From contig CAWJTV010000029.1 of the NCBI GenBank assembly GCA_963845755.1, positions 64,001 through 128,000 of the forward strand: a stretch of 64,000 nt of DNA. Direction: 5' to 3'. The position numbers and the translations under genes were made by a program. This document shows positions 28,852-42,008 of this stretch, piece after piece. How positions within the stretch are numbered: position 1 is the first letter of the stretch; each line of letters opens with the position of its first letter. This DNA comes from an uncultured Planctomycetota bacterium (GTDB taxonomy: Bacteria; Planctomycetota; Planctomycetia; Isosphaerales; Isosphaeraceae). The notes beneath the pieces were generated by a model, which worked only from the letters and a program-made list of their open reading frames with translations, did no database searches and was not told the DNA's origin.

Positions 28852-31800
28852 ATGTTCAAGAACCTCCTCAAGGCCGGGATGACATTCTTCCTGCTCCTGG
28901 GGGGCTACTACGCCTACGGTCGGGCCTTCGAGTTCGTGGTCCAGCGGTTGCGCACTCACCATTCCACGTATACTTCCGTATTCCCGACGCGCCAGTCGAA
29001 GTCGAAGCAGCAGGCCACCGCGCTGGCCCGCGAATCCTTCGGCTCGGATCACTGGAGCGTCACGTCGGATCATCTCTACGCCTATTACAACGCCGAGCGC
29101 GGCTTCTGGATGTTCGCCCTCGACGTCGAGGAGATCCAGGAAGAGAACGGCGTCCGATACGACGGCAAGCGGCTGAAGATGAAGCCGTTTGCCATGATCT
29201 GGAATTCGAGCGACCGCAAGAGCCACCAGATGCTCACCGCCGAGAAGGCAACCCTGGACATGAACCAGCCCATCGGCCTGAGCAAGAAGGAGAGCACCGA
29301 GGCGATCAAGGTCGAGCATGCCTTGATCGAACAGAACGTGCGGATCCGCGATGAGCGCGGGACGCCGGGAAAGCTGTCCGACGACATGGTCGGCACCATG
29401 GACTGGGTCCGATATGACGAGGAGACCCAGAAGATCACGACGGCTTCTCACGTCGTCTTCCAGGATCCCGACCAGACGACCATCGGCGACGGCATGCTGA
29501 TCCAACTGACCAAGCAGGACCCGAATGCCCAGCGCGGCCAATCGTCTTCGGGCTTCGGGGGGGCGAAATTCGCGATCCTCGACAAGAACGTGCATGTCCG
29601 GTTGCGGGACATGGGAGACTCGGGCGTATTCCCCGGCGCGGCCCCGAAACCGAAGTCCCCCGCGAAAGGTGCCGCCGTCAACCTCCAGGTTGCCGGCAGC
29701 CCATCATCCGGGAAGTCGGCACCCACGGCCCCGGCCGGTCCGTCGCCGATGGACATCCTGTCCGACGGACCAATGCACGTCGATTTCGCCAAGAACTCAC
29801 CCCCCGTCGAGGTCGGACCTCCGGAGCCGCCGGCCCCCACCTTCGTCCGATTCGAGCGGAACGTCGTCGCCCTCTTCGGCCATCCCGGCCTGTTGCCGGA
29901 TCAGCTCAACTGCGACACCTTGCGGCTGACCCTCGTCCCGCCCACGAAGCCGACGCAACCGAAGCCCTCCCAGTCCGACCAGGGCGGGCCGAGCGATGCG
30001 GTCGCGGCGGTCCCGGGCGACCCCAACGCAACGGCACCTGCCAGCCGGTCGGCCGTGGGCGTGGATCGATCGGAATCCCGGAGTGGTGCCAGTCCTGGCG
30101 GAACCGCGTCTCCGGCCGAGCTCGTGGCCCAGTCCGGCGCCGCGGCGGACGTGAACGCCGTCAAGCCGGGCGCCGGGAAAGACGACGGCGATGGCTCGGC
30201 CCCGGCGGCCGGGCCCAGTCAGGGCCCGTTTGGCAACCTGACCCTCCAGAGGGCCCATGCGACGGGCCATGCCGTCTGGCTCCAACTCCGCGAGCAGGGC
30301 GCCAAGGTGCGCTGCAATGAGCTGATCCACGAGCGCCGAGCACCATACGAGCCCGACATGACCTATTTCCGCGGCGACGTGACCCGTCCGATGTGGCTCG
30401 AGAAGATCGACCGCGAACCGGTCGAGCCCGACGACAAGTCGACGCAGATCGCCGACGGAAGCACGCCGGCCACCAGCCCTGAGGCGCGCGCCCAGGCAGC
30501 CAGGCCGAAGCAAGGAAAGATCACCGGGGTCACCCACGTCGTGACGCTCGACGCGACCCTCCTCGGCCAGGGAAACAACGTGGACCTCGCGGATATCATC
30601 GCACGTGGCCCCGGCAAGCTCGAATCCCGGCCCGACCTCCAGGAACCGGTCGAACGGATCGCGGTCTGGCAGGATGAGCTGAGGATCACGAACATCCTCG
30701 GGCCGGACTCCCAGCTCCTCCAGAAACAGGTCGTCTTGACGGGCACGCGGCCCTACTTCGTCGACGTGGCCCAGAAGACCTCGCTCGACTCGGGCGAGAG
30801 TATCTACGTATGGCTCGAGCCCTCGAAAGTCGCAAAGGGGAACACGACGGGCTCCGCCGGGCGCCGAACTCGCCAACGGTCGACTCCGCCCGCGGAGTCT
30901 CCGGCGATGGCGGGCCGTCGGCCGACCCGGGGACGACCGGCGGCGGGCTCGGAGGCGGCGGACTCGAGGTCAAACGCATCCTGGCCTATCGCGATGTCCA
31001 CGCCCTGGCCCCCGACAGGAAGATGGTAGGACGCGAGGATCTGGAGCTCCGCTTCGTCGAGGCCGACCCCGCCCCGGTCGTAGCCTCGACGACATCGGCA
31101 CCTTCGGAGGTCCCGGCCGACGCCCCGCCACCGGAGGCGGCCCAGGAGAGCCAGCCGACGGCACCCGCCGAAGGTCAGGTCGCGGCCGCCCAGGACGCCG
31201 AAGCCCAGAAGCCGCCGGCCGAGCCCACCATGACCGGCGTGGCCAACCACATCTGGGCCACGGTCGCACGCAAGCCCGGCGCGGGCCTCGATCCCACCTC
31301 GAGCCGGCGGCGAACGCGGCACCGGTCGCCAAGCCGAAGGGCACGACCGGCACCATCGCGGCGGCTGACACAGCGGGAACTGCCGGTGGCCAGGCCGCGG
31401 GATCCGAGGACTCCGACACCGAAGTCCGCGAGGCCTGGCTCCGAGGCAACGTCGCGCTGCACCAGGATTCGCCTCCCGAGAAGCCGGAGAACCCCGACGG
31501 GACCAAGGCCGAGCCCAAGCGGCAGGACATCACCGGCGAAGCGGTCTACCTGGACAACCACAAGGGCAAGGGGAAGATGCTCGCCTGGGTCTTCTACCGC
31601 GACCCGCATCAGCCGCCTCGGCCGGGCCCCCTACCTTGGGCTCGGGTCACCAACGGCGACAGGACGATCCGTAGTGAGACCATTCGGCTCGACCAGGAAC
31701 ACGACAAGGTCTGGGGCGATGGACCGGGCGTGATGACCCAGTGGACCGACCGAGCCCTTCTGGCGGACAAGGCGGAGGAGCCGGCGGGCGAATCCGACGG

Positions 31801-33377
31801 GGCAACCAGCGGAGGCGCAGCCGCGCCGGCCGTGGACCCCGCCGCTTCTTCCGCATCGGCACCGGGCCGCGGTACTCGGATCCGGACGTCCTCCAGCAGC
31901 CCGCCGGCAGCGGATCCTTCCACCGGCACCGAGCCGTCGGCGAAACCCAAGCCTCGCACCCGCGCCGGCCGACCCATTCCCGACAAGGAGCTGCTCACCA
32001 TCTTCTGGAAGAAGCGGATGGAGTTCACCGGTCGGACCACCGACCCCACCCCCAACCGCCGGCCTGCGGGTCGGGCGGACTTCTTCGGATCCCCGAACGC
32101 GATCACCGATGATGCTCAGCTCAAGTGCAAAGACCGCATGATCGTCTTCACCGACCGGGAAGTCCCGCTCGGTGAGCTCGGCTCGCTGTCCAAGGGCTCT
32201 GAAAAGACCGGGGGGGCCGATGCGGCTGCCTCGGACGGCGACGGCAAGGCCAAGGACGAGCCCCGGGTCAACCTGGCGCATCATCTACTGCTATGGAGAA
32301 ACCGTGGCCGTCAGCCGAAAGATCGATCCCGACTTTCCCCTCGTGCTCGAGCAGCAGACCATCCTTGCGGAGCGCGAGCTCCACTACAACCGCCTGACCG
32401 GTGATTTCCGGGTGATCGGCCCGGGGCAAGTTTACAAGTGGGATCGGAGCGACGACTCGAAGGAGACGAAGGACGGCCCGGTCGCGGAGGAGGCGAAGGC
32501 CCAGGATGCGGACCGTGTCGGTCGCCAACCCCAGCGCGACGGCCGGGCGACCGTCCCCGCGCGATCCGTCACGCCCACCTCGGGTCGCGCCGTGACCGGC
32601 GCTAACGGATCGGCGGGCGCCGGACGACGGACATCGGCAGGCAGCCAGCGCCCGACCCGCGCCGGCGCACCCGCCTCCCGCAACGCCTCGCGCGTGTCCC
32701 AGCCGACGACGCCCCCGCAATCTCGCAAGATCCCGCCGTTGGTCCTGACGCAGATCTTCTTCGAAAGGGAGATGCAAGGTCGATTCTTGACCGGCCAGGA
32801 AACCGATCAGTCCCGGGAGCGAAGGGCACTCTTCTTCGGCGACATCCAGTGCCGGCGCGCCCAGGTCAACGGCGTGGACGAGTCCTTCGACTTCGACCAG
32901 CATTTGCCCGAAGATGGCTTCTACATGACCAGCCAGATCCTGCGGCTCATCCAGGAACCGCCGCCCGCGGGCTCACCGGAGTCGACACCCGCCCGGACCT
33001 TCATCAAGGCCTGGGATGACGTCATCGTGAACAAGGGCGAATCGGCGGTCGTCCAGTCCGACATCGCCACGTATGACTCCGATAGCGACAAACTCTATGC
33101 CTACGGAGAAGGCGACCGAGGTGTCGCCCTGGCGCAGCAGTACGGCGTCGGCCAGCCGGCCTCGCCGGCGTACGGCAAGGCCGTGCAGTTCAACGTCAAG
33201 ACGGGTACCTTCCGCTTCATCAACAGCGATGCCGTTCAGTTCTTCGACAAGAAGACCGGCTCGCGGCCCGGGAAGGTCCCACCGCCCGATCCCAACACTC
33301 CGAAGAAGAAAAAGAATAAGCAACTCTTCAAGGTCCCGAACCAGAACGTGGAGCGCAGGGGCTTCACGGGACAGTAA
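28852..33377 (+). CDS. Very large membrane-anchored LptC/OstA-like protein, split over several frames
   Basis: N-terminal TM helix; beta-jellyroll-like motifs (FERNVV, LNCDTLRLTL, ATGHAV, LRGNVALH, GPGQVY, ATYDSDSDKL); position after kdsD-kdsC. Confidence 0.55.
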
Positions 33378-33500
33378 CGCACTGATGGAAAGAGACGACA
33401 GGCTATCCAGTCCGGCTATCGGGCTCCCCGCGCTGGAACGCCGGTCCCGCGCCGGGCGCGGGACCGGCGTCCGGGCCGGGAACCCGTCCCTATTCAGCCG

Positions 33501-35415
33501 CTATGCTAAATGCTCAGCGATGGCCGGCTCCTCGATTCTCTTGTCGATCCGATCGTCGGACTTTGATGGATCAGGCCCCGTTCCCCGAGACCTTCGCGCG
33601 CGTCCCGCAACGATCTCGAAGCGCCGCATAGTATCCCAGGTGAACAATGCCGCGACTATCATGTAAATCAACAGGCTCATGATACTGAATATGGTCAACC
33701 AGCCGAGGCCCTCGTCGAGGTCCCAGATCCGCCAGAACCGCGGCCAGTCGGTGCGCGAGAGCCGTTCCAGGATGTCGGGGCCCACGATCAATTTGCTGAC
33801 TTCGTACGGCGTGAACCCCGGCCACAACTGCGGAGCAAACCCGTGAGGCGAGAGCATGTTGAGAATCCCCTGGCCCACGACGTTGACCAGCAGGAGGCCG
33901 GCAATTGTCAGGAACTGCGCGCGCCAGGTGGAACGGAGCTGGATCGAGATCCAGGCTCCCAGCGCCGCCGCGAACCAGCCGTAAACGAGCAGTGCCAGCA
34001 GGGCCGCCGGGAGGCGCGAGCGGATGGAGCGACCCCAGTCCAACGCCGGTGAGCACCAGCAGGCCCAGTGCGGCACCCAGCCGGCGCGACCGCCACAACG
34101 AGCCCAGGATCTTGGAGAAGACGATCTCACGGCCGGTCAGGTCGGTCGCCGTCAGGCTGAGCCAGGTGTCCTCCTCATGCTCCGAAGTGATCCCCGCGGC
34201 AGCCGATCCGGCAATCGCAATGATCCCGAACAGATAGAGGAAGGGCACGACGAGCGTCAGGAACCCGTAGAATTGCCAGCGTTCCCGGGCCGCACCCGGA
34301 TTCGGCGGCCTGCCATAGCCGTATTGCCACAACTCGAAGTAAGCCATCAGGCCAAGCCATACGGTGTAATACGCCAGGAAGCCACCGACGATGAGCGTCA
34401 GCAGGCCCCCGACCAACCGGGCGAAACCCCGCGCGCCACCGGTATGCAGCTCCTTCCAGAGCATGGGGCGGTCGCGCATCGGCCGCGGCGATCCCCGTTG
34501 AACGCGACGCCAGGATCGCCCTCAGCCCGCGCGGCCGGCTCTCCGCGCCATCCTGCGCCGGAAGACCGGACGCAGTTGCACCGCCGCCAGCACCGCAAGG
34601 ACGATGCCCGCGGCCATCTGCCATCCCATCATCCGATTGATCATCTCCGCGTAGCTCGCACCCCTCCCGGAGATCACCAACGTCGCCCCGAACCGCCCGG
34701 CGGGTCCGCCGCTCAAGAGTACGTTGGAGACCTCCCAGAAGACGTCCACCGGGCTGCTACTCGCCAGCCAGGTGACGATGCGCTCGGTCGGGATATCGAC
34801 GATGGGATAGCCCGTCGGCAGCAGGCTCGCCAGGAGCGACGGCACGACCAGCCAGAGGCCCTCCAGTCCGTAGACGATGAACAACGCCTCGCGCGGTCAG
34901 CGCGCGATCGTCGAGACCCAGATCGACAGCGCCGCCAGCCACCACGCCGTGCTCAACGTCGCGCCGCAACTCAGCAAGACCAGCCACGGGTTGATGCCAC
35001 CCAGGAGTACCAGCAAGCTCGAAACCGGCACACTGACGCCGAGCAGCACGCCCACGTACAGCATCCGCACGAGCAGCTTGCCCACCACGATCTCGGCGCT
35101 GGTCAACCGGCTGGCCATCACGTAGTGCAAGGTCTTGCGCTTCTTCTCGTCGGCGATGACGCCGGCCACCAGGGCCGGCGTCAAGACCAGCACCAGGATC
35201 TCCTGACCGATCGCGATCCCCCCGAAGGCCGAGAACGCGAACCAGTTCACCATCTTCGCCGGCAGCTCGGCATTCTCGAAGCTGGACGACCACGCCGAGT
35301 AGATCGCCCACAGGACGATCAACAGGACCGCCCCGTAGAGTGCGCGGATCATGAAGAACCGGCCGTGCCGCGCGGTGGTGAGGAGCTCGAAGTGGAATAT
35401 CGGTCCGGGGAGCAT
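33501..35415 (-). CDS. ABC-2-type transporter permease with duplicated domain (frameshifted)
   Basis: MLPGPIFHFELLTTAR, AGVIADEKKRKTL..LTSAEIVVGKL, and a second AGITSEHEEDTW..LTGREIVFSKIL. Confidence 0.8.
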
Positions 35416-35640
35416 CGAGGAACCCTCAGCGGCCGAGGCGGCTTCGGTCCGACGGTGAGACACACCAGTCTCTGACGAACGTCCAAGATACAGGCCCGAC
35501 CGGCCCCGTGCAAAGACGAAGGATTTCGGTTTCTTGACCTGTTGCTCGAATCCGGCTCGGCGAAGATCCTGGAGAGGGCTCGAACGTCGCGGAAGGACCG
35601 ATCATTCCTGGCTCTCGACACTGGCCACCAGCCAAGACCC

Positions 35641-37372
35641 ATGACCGACTACTACAACCGAGTCAACCCGGACTTGTTGCGATTGATGCCCGTCGAGGCA
35701 CGGGTCGTGCTGGAGATAGGCTGCGGCGCCGGAGCCCTGGCCGAGGCGTACCGGAGGATCAATCCGGACGTGCGCTACTTCGGGATCGAGAAGGAAGCGG
35801 AGGCGGCCCGCATCGCGGAGGCAGCCGGCCGACTCGATCGTCTGGTTGTGGGCGACGTCGAGTCGATCGAGCTGTCGGCGCTGGGGCTACCCGATCCGGC
35901 AGAAGGCGCGGAGCCGGTCGTGGACTGCCTGGTCTTCGGAGACGTACTGGAACACTTGATCGACCCCTGGGAGGTGCTGGCGCGGCTGTCGCTGTCGGTG
36001 CGCGATGGGGGACAGGTCCTGGCGTGCATCCCCAACGTCCAGCATTACTCCGTGTTGGTCAACCTGCTGCGCGGCCGATGGGAATACCAGCAGGAAGGTC
36101 TGCTCGACCGCACCCATCTGCGATTCTTCACGCTCGCGGGAATCCAGGACCTGTTTGCCCGCGCCGGCCTTCACGTGTTCGAGATCGTGCCGCGGTGGTG
36201 GCCCAGCGCCGAGTTCGACCAGTTCCAGCAGTTAATGGCTCCGATCGTCCGCGCCCTGGGGATCGAGGCGTCAACGTTCGGGCACCAGACCCGAGCGGTC
36301 CAGTATATCGTCCGGTCGATCCGCGCGGGGCATGAGCCCCGGCGAATGCTGATCTGGTCGCTCCTGGGTTCCGCGATCGCCAGCGAGGTGCGCGTCGGTG
36401 AGCCGGGGGCCTTCCTTGGCACGATGCCGGGCATCCGCATCCTGACCGGCACGGGTCTCCAGTTCGATGACCTGGGCCGGACGTTCCCGGGTGAGGAGAA
36501 GGTCTTTGTCCAGCAACGGGTCATCATCTCTTACGCAGATCACCTACTTTTGCAGAGAGCACTCCTGAAAAATGAGTATCTCATCGTCGGCGAGTTTGAC
36601 GACGACCCCGCGCATTTCGCGGAGCTAGGCCGCACCGATTTCCTGGCCTTGCGCGGCTGCCACTGCATCCAGACATCAACCGACGTCATGGCCGAGTCGC
36701 TCCGCCCCCATAACCCCCACGTCCAGGTCTTCCCCAACCAGATCGCATCTCTGCCGCCGATACGGACCGCGGACCAGGCCGACTCCGGCCCGGTGACCAT
36801 CTTCTTCGGGGCCCTGAACCGCGAAGCCGACTGGTCGCCCATCTTGCCGACGCTCAACGGGATCCTCGCGACTCATGGTGCCCGCGCTCGCGTCCAGGTC
36901 GTCTACGATCGCCTGTTCTTCGACTCCCTCACGACCGACAACAAGGCGTTCGAGCCACTCTGCTCATATGAGCGGTACAAGGCCCTCCTGAGTCAGGCGG
37001 ATATTGCGCTGTTACCGCTGGAGCCGACGCCGTTCAACCGGCACAAGTCGGACCTCAAGTTCATCGAATCCGCCGCGCATGGCGCCGCCGTCCTCGCCAG
37101 TCCTACCGTCTACGCGGCACACGATCCGCCATGGCGAGACGGGCCTGATCTATTCTTCCCTCGAGGAGTTCGCCGCGCTCCTGGACCGGCTCATCCGCGA
37201 CGGGCCGTTCCGACGTTCGCTCGCCATCGCCGCCCACCGCCACGTCAAGGAGAACCGCCTGCTGGCGCGCCACGTCCGATCCAGACACGACTGGTACCGC
37301 GCGATGCTCGACCGTTGGGACCAACTCGACGCCGAGCTTCGCCGGCGCGTACCCGAGCTGAGCAGGCCGTGA
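35641..37372 (+). CDS. SAM methyltransferase fused to a GT4-like glycosyltransferase domain (frameshift near 37115)
   Basis: VLEIGCGAG, GDVLEHLIDP, GLLDRTHLRFFT; DIALLPLEPTPFNRHKSDLKFIE, HGETGL. Confidence 0.85.
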
Positions 37373-37417
37373 TCGAGCTGGCCCTCTGCGAGCCGATGAC
37401 CGCCCGAATCGACCGAA

Positions 37418-38350
37418 CTAGGAAGTGCCGATCATGGTCGACTCGCGATTCTTGCCAGAACGCCTACCCAGCGGCGAGGCGTCTTTGATGACGTGATTCA
37501 ACACGGCCGCAGCCAGCAACACGACGCTGCACAGCCAGAACCAACTCATCAGGACGACGATTCCGCCCAGCGATCCATAAGTCGCGGTGTAGTTGCCCCA
37601 GTTCTGCACGTAAACTCGGAACAGGTAGCTGACGAGCAGGACCACGGGCGTACCTAGCAAGCTGCCGGGCGTGATCCACTCCCAACGTTGATCGGCGTCA
37701 GGACCGAAGTACAGCGCGACGGCGAAACTGAGCAGGATCAGGAGAAAGACCGCAAGCCCATGGAGCACGGTGGCGAGGATGGCCGTCGAATGACTCAGGC
37801 CCAGCCAGTCGATGATCTGGGGCCAGATGAGGATCGTCGCCAGGGCGACGATCAAGATCGCAGCCTGGCTCAAGGTCATGAGCAGCGCAACGAGGCGCTG
37901 CTTCCAGATCGGACGCGTCTCTTCGACACCCATGATCCGATTCATGGCATCCATGATGGCGACGAACAAACTCGTCGAGAACCAGAGGATCGCGACTAAA
38001 CCGACGGAAATCACTCCACTGGAGGGTTGGTCCTGAAGCCGCCTCAGTTCCCGCGCGACGATCGAGACGGCATCGTCGGGGATGAGATTGCGAAGCGGCT
38101 CAAGTGGGCCGACGGACGCCGACCGGTCATCCCCCGCGACGCGCGGAATCCAGGGGAGGCAATATGCCGTCAACGTGATTACCAAGGCCAGAAACGGGAC
38201 CAGGTCCGCGATCGCGTAGAACGTAATGGCCGCCGCCCGGGTGAGGATTTCGTGTTCGATGATCTGCTGCCAGGTCCGGCGTGCGGCCTCTCGGATCGTC
38301 AGTCCGCCGAGGGTGATCGCCGACCAGAAGCGCGCAGTGAGGATGGCCAT
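37418..38350 (-). CDS. YihY / virulence factor BrkB family membrane protein
   Basis: AAAITFY, AMNRIMGVEETR, ALYFGPD, WITPGSL, YTATYGSLGG. Confidence 0.9.
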   Translation of the reverse strand: MAILTARFWSAITLGGLTIREAARRTWQQIIEHEILTRAAAITFYAIADLVPFLALVITLTAYCLPWIPRVAGDDRSASVGPLEPLRNLIPDDAVSIVARELRRLQDQPSSGVISVGLVAILWFSTSLFVAIMDAMNRIMGVEETRPIWKQRLVALLMTLSQAAILIVALATILIWPQIIDWLGLSHSTAILATVLHGLAVFLLILLSFAVALYFGPDADQRWEWITPGSLLGTPVVLLVSYLFRVYVQNWGNYTATYGSLGGIVVLMSWFWLCSVVLLAAAVLNHVIKDASPLGRRSGKNRESTMIGTS

Positions 38351-38419
38351 CTTCGTCGGTAGTCCTTGGTACGTTGGCGTCTCTCTCCGCGATCCTGGGG
38401 CATGCCCGCGCCTGGTAGC

Positions 38420-38630
38420 TCACCAGGGCTTCAGTTTCCAGCCCAGGAAAAACCCGATCCCGAACGCCCAGGCCGCAAAATGCACGGGTTTCGTCCGCCG
38501 CGCACTCCTCGAGGGATTCCACCACAGAACGGACGGTCTGTTCCGCCCAGTTATCCTCCGGGCCATTCCCCATTCGGCTGGCTCGGACCATGTCGTCGGG
38601 GTAATGAGTCAGGTTGGAAGCTGTTGACAT
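38420..38630 (-). CDS. Small C-terminally anchored (ElaB/YqjD-like) protein, one frameshift
   Basis: MSTASNL...ESLEECA/RTKPVHFAAWAFGIGFFLGWKLKPW*. Confidence 0.55.
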
Positions 38631-38998
38631 GTCAGGGATCCTCCAGGAGTTGCCCAAAGATCTGGCCGATTTCCGCAGGCCATGCCTCGGATGTTCACCA
38701 CCACCGAATTCGATCGTTGGTTCCGTGAGACCAGGCTTGGTCGAATCATCGATCACCGGGATAAGGAGCAAATGTGATGCCGCTCTTTCGAACGCCGCCT
38801 CGCCGGCGCGGAGCGGATCCGGAATCCGTCGCCCTCGTTGCCTCGAGCGGCAATCGCGGCCGGTTGGGTGTTGAACTGGACCGCTGATTGCGATGGAATG
38901 ATCGACAAGGTCAACAACCCACAAGGATAACGACGATCCGTACCGTCGGAGATCCCGGCTCGAGCCCGCCACCCACCCCACCGCAAGGATGCCCTGAC

Positions 38999-40399
38999 AT
39001 GGCGATTACCTCCATGAATCGACCTCGATGCAATGCTCCGCGTCGTACTCGCCGCGCTTTCCTGCGAACAAGCGTCCGGGCCTCCGCGGCCGGCTTCGCA
39101 TTCCCCGCGATCGTCCCGGGCTCGGCGTTGGGCCTTTCTGGGGCCGTCGCGCCGAGCAACCAGGTCACGGTGGGGATCATCGGGACGGGCAATCAGGGCT
39201 TCAACGATATCAAATCGTTCCTTGGCGACCCCCGCGTGCGAATCGTCGCGGTCTGCGACGTCAATCGCGAGGGCCCCGGCTACTGGGAAGGGAAGGTCGG
39301 CGGTCGAGAACCGGCCCGGCGGCTGGTCGAGGAGCGTTATGCGGAGCTGCGCCACGCCGGGACCTACCGCGGCTGTGAGGCCTACGTGGACTACCGGGAG
39401 ATCCTGGGTCGGGATGACATCGACGCAGTCGAGGTCTGCACGCCGGACCACTGGCACGCGATCCCGGTGATCGCGGCCTGCAAGACCGGGAAGGACATCT
39501 ACTGCCAGAAGCCGTTGTCGTTGACCATCGCGGAAGGCCGCGCGATGAGCTACGCGGTGAACGCGTCCCACGTCGTCTTCCAGACCGGGAGCCAGCAGCG
39601 ATCCGACCATCGATTCCGCCGGGCCTGCGAGCTCGTCCGCAACGGCCGGATCGGGGACCTCCGCCGGGTGCGCGTCGGCATGCCCAAGGGACGGACCGAT
39701 TATGCCAAGACCGGAGACCACAAGAAGCCCGAGCCGGTCCCCAAGGGCTTCGAGTACGACCTCTGGCTCGGCCCGGCCCCCGACGCCCCTTATGCACCGG
39801 CGCGATGCCACGTCAATTTCCGATGGATTTATGACTACTCCGGCGGCCAGGTGACCGACTGGGGCGGCCACCATCCCGACTGTGCCCAGTGGGGCATGGG
39901 CACCGAGATGACCGGCCCGATCGCGATCCGAAACGCCAAGGGCGCCTTCCCTCCGGATGTCCTCTGGAATACCGCCACCGAGTATTCCTTCGAGGCCGTC
40001 TACGAGAACGGCGTGACGATGCTCGTCTCCAACAAGGAGAAGATGGGTGTCACCTTCGAGGGGAGCAAGGGGACGATCTATGTCGACCGCGGCAAGCTGG
40101 AAGCCGACCCCAAATCGCTCCTGGACTCCCAGATTGGTCCCTCGGAAATCCACCTGTACAAGAGCGACGATCACTTCAAGAACTTCATCGACTGCGTCAT
40201 CTCCCGGCAGCCAACGGCCGCGCCGGTGGAGGTCGCCCATCGTTCGATCACGATCTGCCATCTCGGCAACATCGCCATGCGCTTGGGCCGCGAGACGCTG
40301 CGATGGGATCCTCGGACCGAACAGATCATCGGCGACGACGAGGCGGCGAAGATGCTCGGCCGTCCCTATCGCGCGCCGTGGTACCTGCCGCAAGTGTGA
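38999..40399 (+). CDS. Gfo/Idh/MocA oxidoreductase with Tat signal
   Basis: TRRAFL, GIIGTGNQG, CTPDHWH, DIYCQKPL, QTGSQQRS, DWGGHH. Confidence 0.92.
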   Translation: MAITSMNRPRCNAPRRTRRAFLRTSVRASAAGFAFPAIVPGSALGLSGAVAPSNQVTVGIIGTGNQGFNDIKSFLGDPRVRIVAVCDVNREGPGYWEGKVGGREPARRLVEERYAELRHAGTYRGCEAYVDYREILGRDDIDAVEVCTPDHWHAIPVIAACKTGKDIYCQKPLSLTIAEGRAMSYAVNASHVVFQTGSQQRSDHRFRRACELVRNGRIGDLRRVRVGMPKGRTDYAKTGDHKKPEPVPKGFEYDLWLGPAPDAPYAPARCHVNFRWIYDYSGGQVTDWGGHHPDCAQWGMGTEMTGPIAIRNAKGAFPPDVLWNTATEYSFEAVYENGVTMLVSNKEKMGVTFEGSKGTIYVDRGKLEADPKSLLDSQIGPSEIHLYKSDDHFKNFIDCVISRQPTAAPVEVAHRSITICHLGNIAMRLGRETLRWDPRTEQIIGDDEAAKMLGRPYRAPWYLPQV

Positions 40400-40438
40400 C
40401 CCCGACTGCGTCCTCCTCGATCTCAAGGAAGGGAACCC

Positions 40439-41032
40439 ATGGAGCGCCCGCAATTCACGATCGCTCGTCTGATGCTCGCGATACTGATCATTGCCATCAA
40501 TGCCGGGTTGATCCGCGCCTTCTCCCAGGGGATGTTTTCGGGCGTCCTTCTGTTCTTCTTCGCAATGCAGGGCGGGCTCTTCCTCGTGTTACGAACCAAG
40601 GGGCGAGCCCGACGTTTCTGGATCGGATTCGAAGTGGGCGGGGTCGCCGTGTTACTCGCGCTATTCTGGCTCGAGTTCTTCCCCGATTCCGCCTTGAGCG
40701 AGTGCGTGTCCGACTCAATCAGCTTGGCCATGGACAGCGTGGTCGAATCGCCTCACATCCCTGTACCTGTTTCCAGCTTTTTCCTGTACCAGCCGGATGT
40801 ACTCTACGCGGCGTTGCTTTTCCCCCCGGAATTCGTTTTGGCCTTGCTCGGCGGGTTGTTGGCCATGATAGTAGGTCCCGGTCTGCGACGCCCCCTGTTG
40901 AGCCCGGATCCTCGCAGTTCTCGTTGTCCACAACCTTCCGACGTGTTACCTTCGAACGGCTGCGATCACGATCGACGTGTCATTCGTGATGCTCGCAGTC
41001 GTATGTACAGAAGGCCTGACCACGTTAACTAA
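40439..41032 (+). CDS. Hypothetical membrane protein
   Basis: PQFTIARLM N-terminus, four hydrophobic segments, GGAAGG RBS. Confidence 0.6.
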   Translation: MERPQFTIARLMLAILIIAINAGLIRAFSQGMFSGVLLFFFAMQGGLFLVLRTKGRARRFWIGFEVGGVAVLLALFWLEFFPDSALSECVSDSISLAMDSVVESPHIPVPVSSFFLYQPDVLYAALLFPPEFVLALLGGLLAMIVGPGLRRPLLSPDPRSSRCPQPSDVLPSNGCDHDRRVIRDARSRMYRRPDHVN

Positions 41033-41051
41033 GAGACTGTCCGAGAACCCG

Positions 41052-41113
41052 GTAGGGTGGGTGAAACCCACCAGGAATCGGCCCCCGATCCTGGTGGGTT
41101 TCACCCACCCTAC
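41052..41113. repeat. GTAG-type REP doublet (a half copy also at 60179-60200)
   Basis: GTAGGGTGGGTGAAACCCACC...GGTGGGTTTCACCCACCCTAC. Confidence 0.9.
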
Positions 41114-41134
41114 AACGGCCGGATTTTTCGTTTC

Positions 41135-41997
41135 ATGACGAGCACGATGAGCAATCAAAGAACCGTGAGCGGGACTCCATCGTTTGTGAACGTCGAGCTG
41201 CCCCAGCCACTGGAGCCGCGCCCCGAGATCAGCCATGTCCTGTTCGACTTCGACGGGACGCTGTCGCTGATCCGCCAGGGCTGGCCCGAGGTGATGGTCC
41301 CCATGTTCGTCGAGGTCCTGCCCCGTCAACCGGGCGAGACCGAGGACGCCCTCCGCGAGATGGTCCTCGACGACATCATGCGGCTCAACGGTAAGCAGAC
41401 GATCTACCAGATGATCCAGCTTACCGAGCGGATCCGCGAGCGCGGCGGCGAGCCGAACGAGCCGCTCTGGTACAAGCACGAGTATCTGCGACGGCTGGAC
41501 CAGCACACCGGTGCCCGCACCGACGGGCTTGTGGGCGCACCATCGCGCCCGACGAGCTGCTCGTCCACGCGGCCCGGCCACTGCTGGAACACCTGCGAGA
41601 GCTCGGGTTGCCGATCTACCTCGCCAGCGGCACCGACGAGTTTGCCGTCAAGCGCGAAGCCGATCTTCTCGAAATTACACGATATTTCGATGGCCACATC
41701 TATGGGGCCCTCGACGACTACAAGCAGTTCTCGAAGAAGATGGTGATCGACCGCATCCTCCGGCAGCATGGGATCACCGGCCGGCAACTGCTCTCCTTCG
41801 GCGACGGCTACGTGGAAATCGAGAACACCAAGCAGGTCGGCGGCCTGGCTGTGGCCGTCGCCAGCGACGAAGCGCATAATGGATCGGGCCGAGTGGACCA
41901 GTGGAAGCGACAACGCCTCCTGGGCGTCGGTGCCGACGCCGTCATGCCGGACTTCCGGGACGCGATCCCGTTCGTCGATTACCTGCTCGGCCGTTGA
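41135..41997 (+). CDS. HAD-family hydrolase (frameshift near 41535)
   Basis: FDFDGTLSLIRQGW, LASGTDE, FSK, FGDGYVEI. Confidence 0.85.
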
Positions 41998-42008
41998 AGG
42001 AAGACCCC

